A stretch of DNA of 64,000 nucleotides, taken from positions 620,169 to 684,168 of the forward strand of contig NW_008246080.1 in NCBI RefSeq assembly GCF_000281045.1, read 5' to 3'. This DNA is from Saprolegnia diclina VS20. Lineage: Eukaryota. The position numbers and the translations under genes were made by a program. This document shows, one piece after another, positions 13,905 through 26,568 of this stretch (positions are counted from its first letter, which is position 1; each line of letters begins with the position of its first letter). Below the pieces are notes generated by a model. The model was not told where the DNA came from, ran no database searches, and was given only the letters and a program-made list of their open reading frames with translations.

Positions 13905-14300
13905 AGCTGCGCTTCCATGTTTTGTGTGCGTGCAATCTCCGGTTTAGTATACAATAAAACAATGTACAGTCTAGTAACACCGTCCTTTTGACATGACGAA
14001 GGCTTGAACCACTGCGTCTTGGCCGTAGCTTCAACGCATGATTGCTGCGCGGACGAAGGAGCTTCGTGTTGAAGCCAACTGCAAAGGCGATCGGCGCAGG
14101 GGTGCCCACAGTTGCATTTGAGTACAGTGCTATGCTATGCTGTTCAGCAGGATATTGCTCTTGAAGCGACATCATTCCCGTGTTGATGCGTCACTTCTCG
14201 TCTGGACGAATCTTGCTGGCACTCCCACTCTGCCCAGCGGTCTCCATTGACGGTTCACTTACCGCATATTGACACGTTGCATGAGTCATTCGATGACGTC

Positions 14301-16566
14301 TTATTGCGCGCCCGGCAGTTGGTACGTCGAGCTCGAGAGGTGCGAGCAGCCGCTCATGTGCACGTGCACGCGACTGCCCGCCGTGTCTTTTTCCAGCGTC
14401 GCCACGACACTACACCCCAGCGGGTTGCCGCAGAGCACGAGCGTCTCGAGCGAAGCGTGGTGCGACAGCGCCTTGAGCAACTGCTTCATGTCGAGGATCG
14501 CGAGCACGTTATTATGACCCACGTCGAGGTGCCGTAGCACCTTGTTGGTCCCAAGTGCCTTGGTGAGCGCTGCAAAGCCCATGTCCCCCGCCGCGTTGTA
14601 GCTCAAGACCAGCTCGTTCAGCGTCCCGTTGTCGGTGAGCGCCGCTGCCATGGGCACGATGTGCAGTCCACGAAAGATGTTCCACGATAAATCCAAGCGC
14701 TTGATGGTCGGGTGCACGCGGAGAAGGTGGGCGACCGCGTGGCCGCAGCTGAGCTCGTTCCGGCGCAGCGAGAGCGTTCGCAGGGACCGATTCGACGACG
14801 CAATGTCCTCCATGAGCGCCTTGCCGACAAGGTTGCCGAGCTTGTTGTTGTCGAGGCAGAGCACTTGAAGGCGACACGTTTTCGACGAAAGGACGTCGCG
14901 GAGCGCGCGGGCACCAATGGCGCCGATGGCGTTATCGGACAAATCGAGCTCGAGCACGCTCGGTTGGCTGCTGTGAACCGCGTGGACGATGGCCTCGCAG
15001 CCCTTGTCGCGGACGTCGTTGCCGCGGACGCGGAGCGTGTGCAGCTTGCGCGTCGGTAGCTGGAGGAATTGGCCCATCTTCTGCATATTGCGATCGCCCA
15101 GCATGCACTCGGCAAGGTCCAAGATGCCCGAGTCATTGGTCAGCGGCAGCGGCGACGCATGAAGCACGGGCGCGTTCTCGTCGACATGGTGCACTGCAGC
15201 AATCAAGCCACCCCAATCCCAGTCGGCTTCCCATCGCCACGCCTCCCAGTCCCACGGCTTCTTGCCGCTATGCGCGGCTTGCGTCTCGCGGTAGCTCGCG
15301 TAGAGTCGCTGCACGTCGCGCAACGGCCGGTGCCATGCGTGCCCCACACCGTTCAAGTCGACGTCGGCGAGCCAGTGCCTTGAGAGCAGTTGATGAAAGA
15401 TGGCTTCTTCGTCCGCGGTCGCGGGGGGGATGTTGGCCCGGTCATAACACTGCTGCCGCGTCGCATCGATGGCCGCCGCAAGGGTGGCTTCTTCCATGTT
15501 GCACGCGCGGTCAAGGTCGAGATACAGCTGCTGCGCTTGGTGGTTCCACGCGCCAAGGATGAGCTCGAGGAACGCGTCGCCGTCGACTTTGCGCGTCCCG
15601 TTCGCGTTGCGCATCGACGAGCTGAGGCGACTGACTTGCTCGAGGAGGTCGGCCTCGGCACCCGCTGGCCACCCGCGCTCCACTAACCCATACATATCAA
15701 TGTAGCGACCTATCAACCTTTCAATCTATCGATAGAAACGCGCACCCTGCAGCTCGGCGCACGTTGGCGCAAGGTACTCGAACGTCCAGTAGGGGTCGGG
15801 TTCATGGAAGAGGTCGCGCACGACGCGGCGCGCGGCGGCTTGGCCAAACCCAATGCTGTGAAAGACCACGCACGCGACCGATGCAATGTCGTCGTAGGTC
15901 GCGAGGCCCTTGGCAGCGTCGTTGGTCTTGAGCCGGTACATGCGCTCGATGACGCGCAAGAAGAGGGTCGTTTTTTCTTTCGGGTTGAAGGGATCGGTGA
16001 CGCCAACGAGGTTGGCAAAGCACCGAATGCGCGGGTGCGTCGTTGTGTGCACGAGCGACGCGATCGTCGCTTGCAGGAGTTCGAGTCCGTGCTTCCTATC
16101 GCCGTGATTTAGAATCCAAAAATCGATAACCTCAAAGGTGAAAAGCGCGCACCGGCTCGTCGACCGCTGCAGGATCGCGTTGGCATAGTACTCTGCAAAC
16201 GATTCTTTGCCGATCGTCTCCGCGTAGTGCACGACGCACGTCTCGTATGCCTCGAGGATCGACGAGAGAAGCACCGCAATATGGACTCGGCGTTCCTTCG
16301 TCTTCTTCCCGACGCCGCTCTCGGGCCGCGTCTTGTGCTGGAGGAGCGGGTTGACGACCGCAGCGCGCCACGTCCGCACGCGCTTGCAGCTCTGCCGCAT
16401 TTGGTCGCGCCGCGCCGGCTACGTTATCCGACGACCTCGATAGCTGCTATTTGCAAGCGAGTACCTCGTATTCGGGGTCGCCATGGGAGAAGAACGAAGA
16501 AGCAAGCGCCGACGTGACGAGATGCTGCGCGGTGGGCAGGGCCACGACGGTCGTCTCCTTGGGCAT
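14301..16566 (-). CDS. RNI-like leucine-rich repeat protein, multi-exon
   Basis: C-terminal LRRs 'LELDLSDNAIG', 'LCLDNNKLG', 'LSLRRNEL', 'LDLSWN', 'LVLSYN', 'LDVGHN'; upstream exons at 15726-16400; start at 16566 is tentative. Confidence 0.7.
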
Positions 16567-16639
16567 CGTATGTACGGAGGCGTTATGACTATGGGCGTTT
16601 TGGCTCAAGTATTTACACAACTATTGATCTCTATACGCG

Positions 16640-17360
16640 ATGGGCGACCCGGTCGTCAAGCTCACGCTCCTCGGGAACGGCTCGGTCGGCAAGTCGAGCA
16701 TCATTGCCCGCTTCGTCGCCGATGGTTTTGAAAAGCAGTACATGCAGACAGTCGGGCTCGACTTTTTCGAGAAGAAGCTCCAGTTCCCGCGCGACCAGCG
16801 GGTGGTTCTCGAGGTCGACACTGCTACTAGCTACCGATTTGACGATGGCGTAGGTCTGGGACATTGGCGGGCAAAACATGACGAGCAAGATGCTCGACAA
16901 GTACCTCTTTGGCGCCACCGTCATCTTCCTTTGCTACGACGTGACGGACGCCAAGTCTTTTGCCGACCTCGACGACTGGCTGCATGTCGTGCCGACGAGT
17001 TCAAAGCGATTGTGTGTCTACCTCGTCGGCAACAAGATCGATCTGCGCCATCTCCGCGTCGTGTCGCTGGACGCGCACAACGCCTTTGTGAAAAAGCATG
17101 CGCTCCACGGCGGCTTTCTCCTCTCGGCGCAGAGCGGCGACAACGTGCTTCGCAGTGTGCACCAGATAGCTGCGCGCGCGATTGGTGTCGAGCTCAGCGA
17201 GTACGAGCTGCAGTTCTACGATGCGCCCGTGGTCGCAACCGTCGTCGACACGGCCGACCACCGGACAGCGATCGCCGACGCCATCGAAGCCGAAGACCTC
17301 CGCCTCGAAGAAGCCAAACAGAAGAAGAGAGCAAAGCGAGCAAACTGTGCGATCATGTAA
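16640..17360 (+). CDS. RAB28: Rab28-like small GTPase (intron 16814-16853)
   Basis: G1 GNGSVGKS, switch 'QTVGLDFF', G3 WDIGGQ (Rab28 signature), G4 NKID, C-terminal CaaX 'CAIM'. Confidence 0.88.
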
Positions 17361-17377
17361 TTCAGCTGCAAGTACTA

Positions 17378-19067
17378 CTACTCGGTTGGCATCGCTCGTC
17401 GTCGGGCAGCAAGGGAGGGAGGTTGCGCTTCCGAAGAAGCTGCATCGAGTCCTCGATCGAGCGAAGACTGTGCGCGGCGACTACACATAACACACTGAGT
17501 ACCGACATTCATACGTTGAATTACTACCGTCGCTGGCAGAAGCAAACGTGAGGAGGCGCTGGAGACTGTCGAGGTGAATGGCCTGTGCATAGTCCACAGC
17601 GGTATAGCTTCGGAGGGTCCCCAGTGCGTGGGCAATGCACTCGATGCAGCGTGCGAGCTGCTCTATGGGCAGCGACCCTACGTCGCGATGCATAAAGGTC
17701 TTACGTGTGCTCAATAGACAACCTGTCTTCTCGAGTAGCAGCAGAAGCAAGGTCACGCCGTGGGCTTGGATAGCGACGTTGTGCGCATGACGCTCCAGAA
17801 TATGCAGCCACGTCGGCAGCAGTCCGTTCACGAGCAGCTTGTGCCGGTTTTCTAATGAATGCGTCTACTTTGTATCAATCTTTCAAGAGCGAACCGTCGC
17901 AAGGCGCGAGACGCACGATGGCGCGACACGACTGTTCCATGAGTCGCTCCGACTGCGGGAAGAGCGCGATCGACTTGATGGCTTCGTATTTTTCTACGGC
18001 ATTGTGTTCTGTCCTGCGAGTGGTAGATATAGGACGAGGGACCTTGACTGCGCGTCGTGATGACCGTAATCTTGGCTTCGACCTCCGTGATCTCGTCCTT
18101 GATCCGATCGATGGCGGCCAGAACGCGCGTGTGCTCGTCGGCCTGGTCGAGAATCGCAGCCTCGGTTTCCACAAGTAGAGCCGCGCGCTCCGTGGCTTGG
18201 GTCTCAAGCGCGGCGATGGCGGTTTGCGACAACCGAATGCTCTCGCGCGTCGACGCAATCTCAGCCGCCAAGGTCGCACACACCTCCTTGGACCGGTGTC
18301 GGAATTTACGCATGTCGTAAAGCTGCGTTCGGGCCTCAAAGTTGGCGTGGGCTTGCGCCTCGAGGCGGCGCGACAGCGTCTGCAGCGACTGCGACGCGGC
18401 CACGTTCACTTTCTGAAGCAGCGCGCTCTTCTCGATGCTGGCAATGATCGTCGCATGCAGCGGCGACACGAGGCATGGAAACACGAGCTCGTGCCATGGC
18501 GCTTGGAGAAAGGGCGGGCGGTCCTTCTATATCGCAAGCGGCTGCAGGCGCCACAACGGCACAGGTTGCGAGTACCTTGTCGTGGGCCGCGACGTGGGCG
18601 CCCGCCGATACAAGAAAGAGCGCGACGGCCTACAAGAGCTCAACATCGTCGTTCGAATGGTATGGTGCGTACGCGGTGCCGGTGGGCGACCGCGAGGTGC
18701 AGTGGTGTCGTGCCGTCCTGCATAGGCTTGTTCATGACCCCAATTCACCGGTTTGCTGGCGAGCGTACCTTGGCCGATGCGTGGACCGAGCCTTGCCGCG
18801 CAAGGATGAACTTGCACATGTCCTAGGCGCGGCGACGTAAGGCCATGTACGCAATGGCGTCGGCGCACGAGGTTGCCGTGCATGGCCGCGTAGTGCATGG
18901 CGGTCAGTTGGTTGTTCTAGTCCATGGCATCGTGAGCACGCGGTGGCCTGGACAAGATGGATGCGTACGCCGTAGGTCTCGTGGACATTCGCGCCGGCCG
19001 TGAGGAGCGTCTTGGCGACTTCATACTGCTCGCGCTTGCAGCACGCGACGACCGAGTCGGCGTCCAT
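17378..19067 (-). CDS. Ankyrin-repeat plus coiled-coil protein, multi-exon
   Basis: Ankyrin motifs 'VAKTLLTAGANV', 'TAMHYAAMHGN', 'TPLHLAV'; coiled-coil exon 17852-18484; 3' end approximate. Confidence 0.6.
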
Positions 19068-19154
19068 GCAAGATCGTCCGGATAACGTGCCACCGACCGG
19101 ATACGAGCGGCAAGCACGGATTTGTTGGGCAGTCGCCAGAAGAAGCCGCGCAGC

Positions 19155-19560
19155 ATGTACCTCCGCGTCAAGCGCCGCCAGCAGTCGTTCTTTGTGCTCA
19201 CAGAGCCGCACGAGGCCTTTGTCAAGATCAAGGAAACGATCGCGTCCATCTTGGGCCTGTCCGGGCCGGGCCAAGTCCAGCTGTGGCACACCAACAAGGT
19301 AGCCATCGCTACTGGGGCAACGTAGCTCACGCCGCCGTAGCAAAAGGAGCTCTTGGACGTGGCAACTGTCGCCGACCAAGAGCTCGAGAACGACGCTGTG
19401 ATTTACCTCTGCCTCAAGAAAGAGAGTACCGCCAACGACGTATGACCTGGCGTGACATATTGGCTCGTCTGTATTAGATACCGAGCAGTGGGAAGACATC
19501 CAAGTCGCCAAGCTCGAGCTCGAGCACGACAGCAACAACAACCGCGCGGCCGTGGAATAA
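19155..19560 (+). CDS. Elongin-B-like ubiquitin-fold protein, two introns
   Basis: MYLRVKRRQQSFFV...'TVADQELENDAVIYLCLKK...EQWEDI' resembles plant and protist Elongin B-like proteins. Confidence 0.75.
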
Positions 19561-19626
19561 GACGGCGGGTCCAGCGCCAATCGACAGGAACCCGTTAATA
19601 TAGTTCGATATTTCATTCTATCCGAA

Positions 19627-20826
19627 ATGCACACGCGGGTCCTGAGCCGGCGTCCGCAGACGCATGACGCCAGCGTCGCCTTGGACGACGAGCTTGTATG
19701 CCTCTTAATGGAGATCGAGCGCATCTACCTCCAGCACCCAAGACATCTCCAGTACGAGGCCGCCTCTACCGACGTGGCGCCACCGTCGCGTGTAGGATCC
19801 GCATCGAACGCTGGGTCGACAAGATCTCAGAGCCCATTCTCAATGTCCAGTGGAAGCGCAGCGCCAACGACCACGCTCTCTTGCTGCTCGAGATGACGCG
19901 GTCCGGGGTTGACACACATACTCCAACGACACCTTGCTCAGGTGGCGTAGGTCTTTCGAGCTCCGTTCGATCGCAACCCGCCGCACGGACCACTGCGGAC
20001 GCTACCACGCTATATGGTATCGCACCGACGAAGAAGCATTGCAGACAAGTTGTCGTTGCGGCTAGATTCATGCCCGCGACAGCGTCACCAACAAGCCGCT
20101 CGCGCGGGACGGCAAGCATTCCTGGGGCCAAGCTTACGAGCGCGTTGTGATGCGCACCTCGTCGCCGGTTCGAACCACACGATCTGCTGGTGCACGTCGT
20201 GACGTGGCACGATGGTAGGCCGAGGTGCACACGCCGCGTGCGACTCGATCGGCATCGTATGTGGAAATGACCAACCAAACGCTCGATGCACTCGAGACGT
20301 CGCTCGAGTCGGAGCGCACCAAGTGCGCAGCTTTAACGGCCCAAGTGCAGGTAACCTTGGCGGCACATCTCGGTCGCAGCGGCTCACGCAGAGTTGTAGG
20401 AGCTCAAGGTGGTTGCGAGTACGCAGGCCGACGCGCTCGCCGCTGTCAAGCACGAGTTAAAACACGTCAAGAACCTTCACCAGCGTGAGATTGAGCGCTT
20501 GCAGCAGCTCCACGCTGTCGACATCGACACACTCAAGAAGCGCCACCACGAGCAGGTACCTCCTCCATGCAACGGGAGCTCTCCAATATATTCAGATGCA
20601 ACGCGCGATTCTTGCCAACGACCGGGTACTCGCTGCCCAGCGCGCCGATGCCAGCGTACGTTGGCTCTGCTGTCGCGAGCTCATGCGGCGCGCTTAGGTG
20701 GCGCCGAGTGGCTGCGCCTCGAGTGTCGACGAGTTCCTTAGCTTCATTGAGCGCTTCCAGCACGAAACAGCGGTGCTCACGCAACACTCATACACGCCTG
20801 CCACGCCCAAGTCTCGAGCTCTATAG
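19627..20826 (+). CDS. DUF4485 (CEP112 N-terminal-like) coiled-coil protein, multi-exon
   Basis: 'LDDELVCLL...RIERWVDKISEP..NVQWKRSANDHALLLLEM' resembles DUF4485; C-terminal coiled coil; last exon ends 'PKSRAL*'. Confidence 0.6.
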
Positions 20827-20891
20827 TATAAGACTCGAACTCACATAAGTCTTGAGCTTACAAAAGACTCGAGCCTTCATAAGACTCGAGC
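20809..20891. repeat. Short tandem repeat, 5 copies of AAG[AT]CT[CT]GA[GA]C, mostly 17-bp period
   Basis: Copies start at 20809, 20830, 20847, 20864 and 20881. Confidence 0.75.
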
Positions 20892-21180
20892 GGAATTGTG
20901 TCGGTGGCGCGTCGGCGCTTCGGGTCGCTTTTCGCGGGAAGGTCCGTCGCCACGTGATTGGCTGTGTGCGATGCACGCGATTGGGTACGTGCGTGGTGCG
21001 TGCGATGTGATTGGGCAGCACGGCAGCCGGTGGTCCGTGTTACTTTCCCTTTCTGCATACAAATGCCAAGTGAATATTATTTTAATGTCGCTGCGTACGG
21101 TGATTCTATTTCTGTATATAATAAAATACTTGGCAACCGCCAAATTTGAATTTGGGCGTAGTACCGTCATTCCGCCGACC

Positions 21181-23120
21181 ATGATGAAGAAGCAGCGGTC
21201 GCTCCATGAGTACTTCGTCAAGCCCAAGCGCAAGGCCGTCGTCCTGGATGAGGCCGACGCGGACGCGGCCGACGACGTCGTCGAGCGCCGGACCGCGCTG
21301 GAGACGACCCTGAACTTTGACGACGACGACGACGACGCCGAGGACGACGACGACGGCGATGAGCCACAGCCCAAGCGCATCGACTTCAACGCGCTCTTGA
21401 GCCAGACGCAAAAGTCCGAGCCCGATTACGAACAGCCACCAGAGCTCGAGCCGCCGGCGTACCACCCGTGGAGCCAGGACTTTGGCACGGCGCCGTGCTT
21501 CTCGAACATGTACAGCCAAGACGCCTTTTGCGACTTTTCGACGCCGCAGGACCAGCCTGTGCTGCACATGTCCCATCCGCGGTCGCCGTCGCCGGTCAAG
21601 AAGCGGCCGCGCACGGTGCCACGCCTCACAGTGATGCCCTTCAACGAGAGCCCCATTGCGCCGGCGCGTGCCAAGCCCGATGCAGAAGGTACGTGCATGC
21701 AGTGGGGCATGGAGACGGAGCATGGCAGTAGGCACACACAAAGCACCACTGCGCCCGACGACGACGCCGATGAAGCAGAAGCCGATCGCGCTCCCACGCC
21801 CTGTCGCGTCCATCCCGGAAGAAATGTACGCAGCGAGGCTATCCTGCAAGATGAACTCTTATGCTTGTAGCGCGTCGGTGCCGGAAATCAACACCAACCC
21901 GTTCGCGGCCGCCATGGACGACCGGCGACGGCCCAAGAAGCGCAGTCTGCCTCCGCCTCGTACGGTTTGTGTCGAGACCTCGCTCACCCGTCGATGTAGT
22001 GTGGCTCGGTACAACCAACTCGTCGACGTCCAAGTACCTGCTCGAGTTTGTCGAGCAAGAGGTACGACGACGTTGCGTCTCCACATTGCCTACGGCGACT
22101 AGGTCCTTGGCTCCGGCTCGTTCTCCAAAGTGCTCAAGTGCATCAAACGGTTTGACGGCTGGGTGTATGCCATCAAGAAGAGCAAGCGCCATTTTCGTGG
22201 CAACTCGGACAAGTACTGTCTGCCCTGCTTCATACATTTGCTCAAGAGCGAGTAGGCAGCGCGCGCTGCGCGAAGTCCACGCGCTCGCTGCGCTCAGCGC
22301 AAGCCCCCACATTGTGCAGTACTTTGACGCATGGATCGAAGACGACCTGTTGTACATTCAGCTCGAGTACTGCCATGGCTGTTCGCTGCAGTCGTTCCTC
22401 GCCGAGAGCAAGCCGATCGCCGAGGTCACGCTGCGCAAGCTGCTCGCCCACATTGCCAGAGTACGCGGCTTCCGCGGCGACGTTGGCTTGACGCTGCGTA
22501 GGCACTGCGGGACATGCACGCGCTCAAGCTCGTGCACATGGATATCAAGGTCGACAATATGCTCCGCGCCGCCAACGGCGTCTACAAGGTTGGTCCGTCT
22601 CGGAGTCTTTTGTCAAAGGGAAATGGTAGCTTGGCGACCTTGGCACCGTCGTGTCCATGGACGGGGCCATGGAAATCATGGAGGGCGACTACCGGTACCT
22701 GTCGCGCGAGCTCCTCGAGGGCAATCGGTCCCACCTGAGCGCCGGCGACATATTTGCTCTGGGCGCGTCCATATACGAACTGGTGCGACCGACGCGCGGT
22801 GCAAAGGCTCACACATGACGCAGGCGCGTGGCGTGCCCCTGCCTTCCGAGGGCGACGAGTGGCAAACCATTCGCGACGGCGACCTCGCGACGTTCCGGTA
22901 CGTCGGTGGTGACGTGGAGCTGGCTGGTCCAATGGTACCGATGTAGGCACTATTCGAGCTCGCTCCAGCATCTCATTGGGGTGCGTGGCTTTGCTTTGCC
23001 GGACGACCAATCTCATGCATGCCGTGAGTGTAGAGTATGATGCACCCGGACCCGCTCCAGCGCCCGACCGCCGACGAGATCCTGCAGCACGAAGCCATCT
23101 TGGCCGTCGCCGACGCCTAG
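21181..23120 (+). CDS. WEE1: Wee1-like protein kinase, multi-exon
   Basis: 'LGSGSFSKVLKCIKRFDGWVYAIKKSKR', 'ALREVHALA', 'HIVQYFDAWIEDD.LYIQLEYC', 'LVHMDIK', and Wee1-typical 'EGDYRYL'. Confidence 0.92.
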
Positions 23121-23291
23121 TGCTAGATCTAACTCGAACCAAATGTCACACTTGGCCACGCTCAAACTCTCGGTGTGCACCGGAGCATTCTCCCAGCATG
23201 TCAAGGCACTGGTCCACGTTCGAGGACGAACCACTCGTCGAAGATAATGGCGAGAGGTCGGATCGGCTGGCTAATATAGAACAGAAACGGT

Positions 23292-24392
23292 ATGCTTGGC
23301 TGCCTCCCGTCGGTCCGCGACTACCTCGTCGGCCACTGGTGCGTGGCCAAAGACATGGAAGCGGACGTCGTCGACTCGCTCACGACGACGCCGTCGACAC
23401 CGCGGCTGCCAATGCATCTGGACCTGGCGTCCGACGACCTCCTTACGCATCGGCTCAAGAGTCCGGGGCATCGGCGCAGCGTTTCGCTCGGGTCGGCGCC
23501 GTACTCGCCGCGGCGCCCGAGCTTCACGGCGCAGGTGCAGAGCCTCCCGGTGCGGTCGCCGCGGCCGCCGTATGCGACGCAGGAGGCGATGCTCATGCGC
23601 AACGTGCACATCAAATTTGTCAAAGCGCGCGGCCTCGAGGACCATAAGACGCGGTACGTGCTCTACTGCACCAACCTCGTCTCGGGCCGGCGCTGGGAAG
23701 TGACCAAGTCATTCCGCGACTTTTACGCGCTCAAGGTGTCGATTCTGCGCAATTTGCTCTACGGCCACAAGTGCGAAGAGATTTGCCCGTGGCTGTATGC
23801 GTACGTCTCGTCGAACTTCCCGCGCCGCCACCTCTTCCGGTCGCATTGGCGGAGCGTCGTGCTCGGGCGCATGACGGAGCTCCAGACCTTCTTCGACTAC
23901 CTCCAGGTCGTGCTGCGGCACCACGCGACGGTCCAGCCCCACACGTCGTGCCGCATCATCACGTACCTCCTTCCAAAGCTGCTCGTCGACTTCTTCTATG
24001 GCACGGCGCATCCACCGTCCGAGGCCGAGGCGTCGCCGACGTTTCTCGACGAGCGGCCGCGGGCGTCCATGAAGGCGACGGCCACCGACTGCGCGATCTG
24101 CTGCCTCCCGCTCAGCCAAGCCGAGAGCTGTCCGCTCTCGCCGACGACTGTCCAGCATACGATTGACGAGGCTTGCGTTGACGAAGACACGCGGCTGGAC
24201 GTGCAGCTGCGCCGGCGGCTCTCGCATACCAACTCGATCACGACGTTGACCTGCGGCCACCGCTTCCACGACGAGTGCATCTTGGAGAAGCTCAACCAGC
24301 GGCTACATTGTCCGCAGTGCGGCTTCGTACTGGGCGATGCTCCGGCGGCGGTCGTGCGCCCGGCCGCGCCCGTGCTCGGCGCCGTTGTGTAG
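23292..24392 (+). CDS. PX-domain and RING-H2 protein
   Basis: PX-like 'RWEVTKSFRDFYAL...FPRRHLF...RMTELQTF'; RING 'CAIC...CGHRFHDECI...CPQC'. Start uncertain. Confidence 0.75.
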   Translation: MLGCLPSVRDYLVGHWCVAKDMEADVVDSLTTTPSTPRLPMHLDLASDDLLTHRLKSPGHRRSVSLGSAPYSPRRPSFTAQVQSLPVRSPRPPYATQEAMLMRNVHIKFVKARGLEDHKTRYVLYCTNLVSGRRWEVTKSFRDFYALKVSILRNLLYGHKCEEICPWLYAYVSSNFPRRHLFRSHWRSVVLGRMTELQTFFDYLQVVLRHHATVQPHTSCRIITYLLPKLLVDFFYGTAHPPSEAEASPTFLDERPRASMKATATDCAICCLPLSQAESCPLSPTTVQHTIDEACVDEDTRLDVQLRRRLSHTNSITTLTCGHRFHDECILEKLNQRLHCPQCGFVLGDAPAAVVRPAAPVLGAVV

Positions 24393-24520
24393 CAAGTTAT
24401 CACAAATTTGAATCCTGCTTGCGTTTCAGTTTGAGTCCGATATTTTCTCAAAAATAGACGCAAGAGCAAGTGTTTTGAGAAATAGTGGGCGGTGGATTGA
24501 GTTTGAAAAAGGGACGGTCG

Positions 24521-26352
24521 ATGGAACCGCGGAAACGGGAGGTACGGCGGCGACGCTCGATCGGAGGCTCATGACGTGGCGCTAGGACAAGCGCTTCCAT
24601 GGCGCGTTCACGGGCGGCTTCTCCGCGGGCTACTACAACACGGTTGGCAGCAAGGAAGGCTGGGCGCCCAAGGCGTTCCAGTCGTCGCGGGATGGCGGCG
24701 CCGCGCCGACGCAGCGCATTGAAGATTTCCTCGACGACGAAGACGACCAGCTCCTCGGTCGGCGCCTCGAGCTCGCGTCCAAGTACGACCCGAACAATGC
24801 CACGCAGGACGCGACGAGCAAGCACATGCAGCAGGCCCAAGCCCATGGCGCGTCGATTCCCGGCTTCATGCCCGACGACTTTATCCAGCCCTCGCGCGAC
24901 TCGGTGGGCACGAAGCTTCTCTCAAGCATGGGCTGGAAGCAAGGCCAGGGCGTCGGCCCCAAGATCCGCAAGAGCAAGCTGAGCCGCTTCGACGACGGTG
25001 GCCATGGCGATGACGTTGTCTACGTTGCGCCCAAGCACAACGTGGACGTTACGGCCTTCCCGACGCCCAAGCTCGACAACTATGGCGTCGGGTACGACCC
25101 GTACATTGACGCGCCCGAGTTTGCGTTCCTCAAGCGGCGCCAAGACGCGGCGAAAGCAGCATCCGGCGTGCGCCAGATCATGACGTTCGCCGACGCGATG
25201 AAGCCATCAGTCGGGCGCAGCAACATGGGCCATGGACTCAGTGCGCTCGAAGAGAACGACGACTACGACGTGTACGCGGTCGAGACCCAAGACAACTTTG
25301 ACCGCGAGCTCCACGACGGCGCGTCACGGAAGCGCCTTCGCGCCCCGACGCCCGCCGATGCCAAGACACGCGCATTTCAAGTGTGCAGCGACGGCCGACC
25401 GCTGCTCAAAGGCTACGTGCTTCGTCGCGTGACGCCCAAGCCGTCCAAGGCCCTTCTCGCCCCGCTGAACGTGCCACCGACGTACGAGCCAGGTCGGCTG
25501 TTCCGTCCGCGGCCAGCGCCGCCGAGCTTGTACAACGACCACGCGTTCACGCTGCCGAAACGCGGCACGTCGACGACGCTCACGGCGACGCAGCGCGGTG
25601 CGCTCCTTGGCGAGCCGGTCGCCAAACCGTTGACAGCGCCCGCCTTGGGCGAGCAAGTGCGGGCGGGGATGCTGGCCGCCATGTCGAGTCGGTTTCAATC
25701 CGCGTCGTCGGCGAGTGAGCTGGCGGCGCCAAAAGCCGACGAGCGCAAGCCGCTCGAGCGGGCGACGCTGCCGTGGAAACCGGACCGGCTCCTCTGCAAG
25801 CGCTTCCGCGTCCAGCGACCCGATGAGTTTGTTGATGGAACCAAAGCCAGCGCGCTTGTGGACGAGAGCCAAGCACGGTTCGACCGCGAGATCGTGTCGC
25901 ACCTCAAGGACGCCGACGGATTCAAGGCGCCGCCAAAAGCCAGGACGGAGGATGCGCTGTTGCCCGAGCTGCCGCCGGTCGTGCGACCGCCCGAAGACCT
26001 CTTCAAGTCGATCTTTGATGTCGACGAGCAAAGTCAAGGTGAGGATGACGAGAGCAGCAGCAGTAGCGACGAAGATGAAGCAACGGAAGCGATGGCCGCG
26101 CCGACCATGGCACAGAAGACGTTGTCCAATGTTGTGCAGCAGCACTCGAGCGTCGTCGTTGCGCCATCCGCCACACACGATGCGTCGGACGACAGTAGCA
26201 GCAGCAGTGACGACGACGCGTCGACCACCCGCCGTCGGTCGCACAAGGCGGAGAAGAAGCGCAAGCACAAGGCCAAGAAGGAAAAGAAAGCTAAAAAGGA
26301 GAAAAAAGCCAAATCGCACAAGAAAGACTCCAAGCGCCGCCGAAAAGATTAG
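24521..26352 (+). CDS. GPATCH1: G-patch domain protein 1 (GPATCH1/TOUGH-like), intron about 24542-24585
   Basis: DUF1604 'RFHGAFTGGFSAGYYNTVGSKEGWAP', G-patch 'VGTKLLSSMGWKQGQGVG', 'WKPDRLLCKRF', Lys-rich tail. Confidence 0.9.
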
Positions 26353-26470
26353 TTAATCGTTTGCAATGATTTGAGTCGAATGAATGTATCAACTGCGACC
26401 CGTTGATATTATTGTCGGTAGGTGTTTCTGTTGCCACAAGTAGATAACTTTTGTACTAGTTGCTCAAAAT

Positions 26471-26568
26471 TCACGACTGTACGAGGCGGCTCTTCTAGCT
26501 CGTCTCATGGAACATAAGACCAGCTATAACATAAGACCAGCTAGAAGAGCCGCCTCGTACAGTCGTGA
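26471..26568. repeat. Perfect 30-bp inverted repeat with an internal 16-bp direct duplication
   Basis: 26471-26500 TCACGACTGTACGAGGCGGCTCTTCTAGCT is the exact reverse complement of 26539-26568; AACATAAGACCAGCTA occurs at 26511 and 26528. Confidence 0.9.

Noticed and set aside
20809..20891. Possible CRISPR-like array
   Set aside because: Repeat cores of about 11 bp and linkers of about 6 bp are far too short; eukaryotic context with no cas genes.
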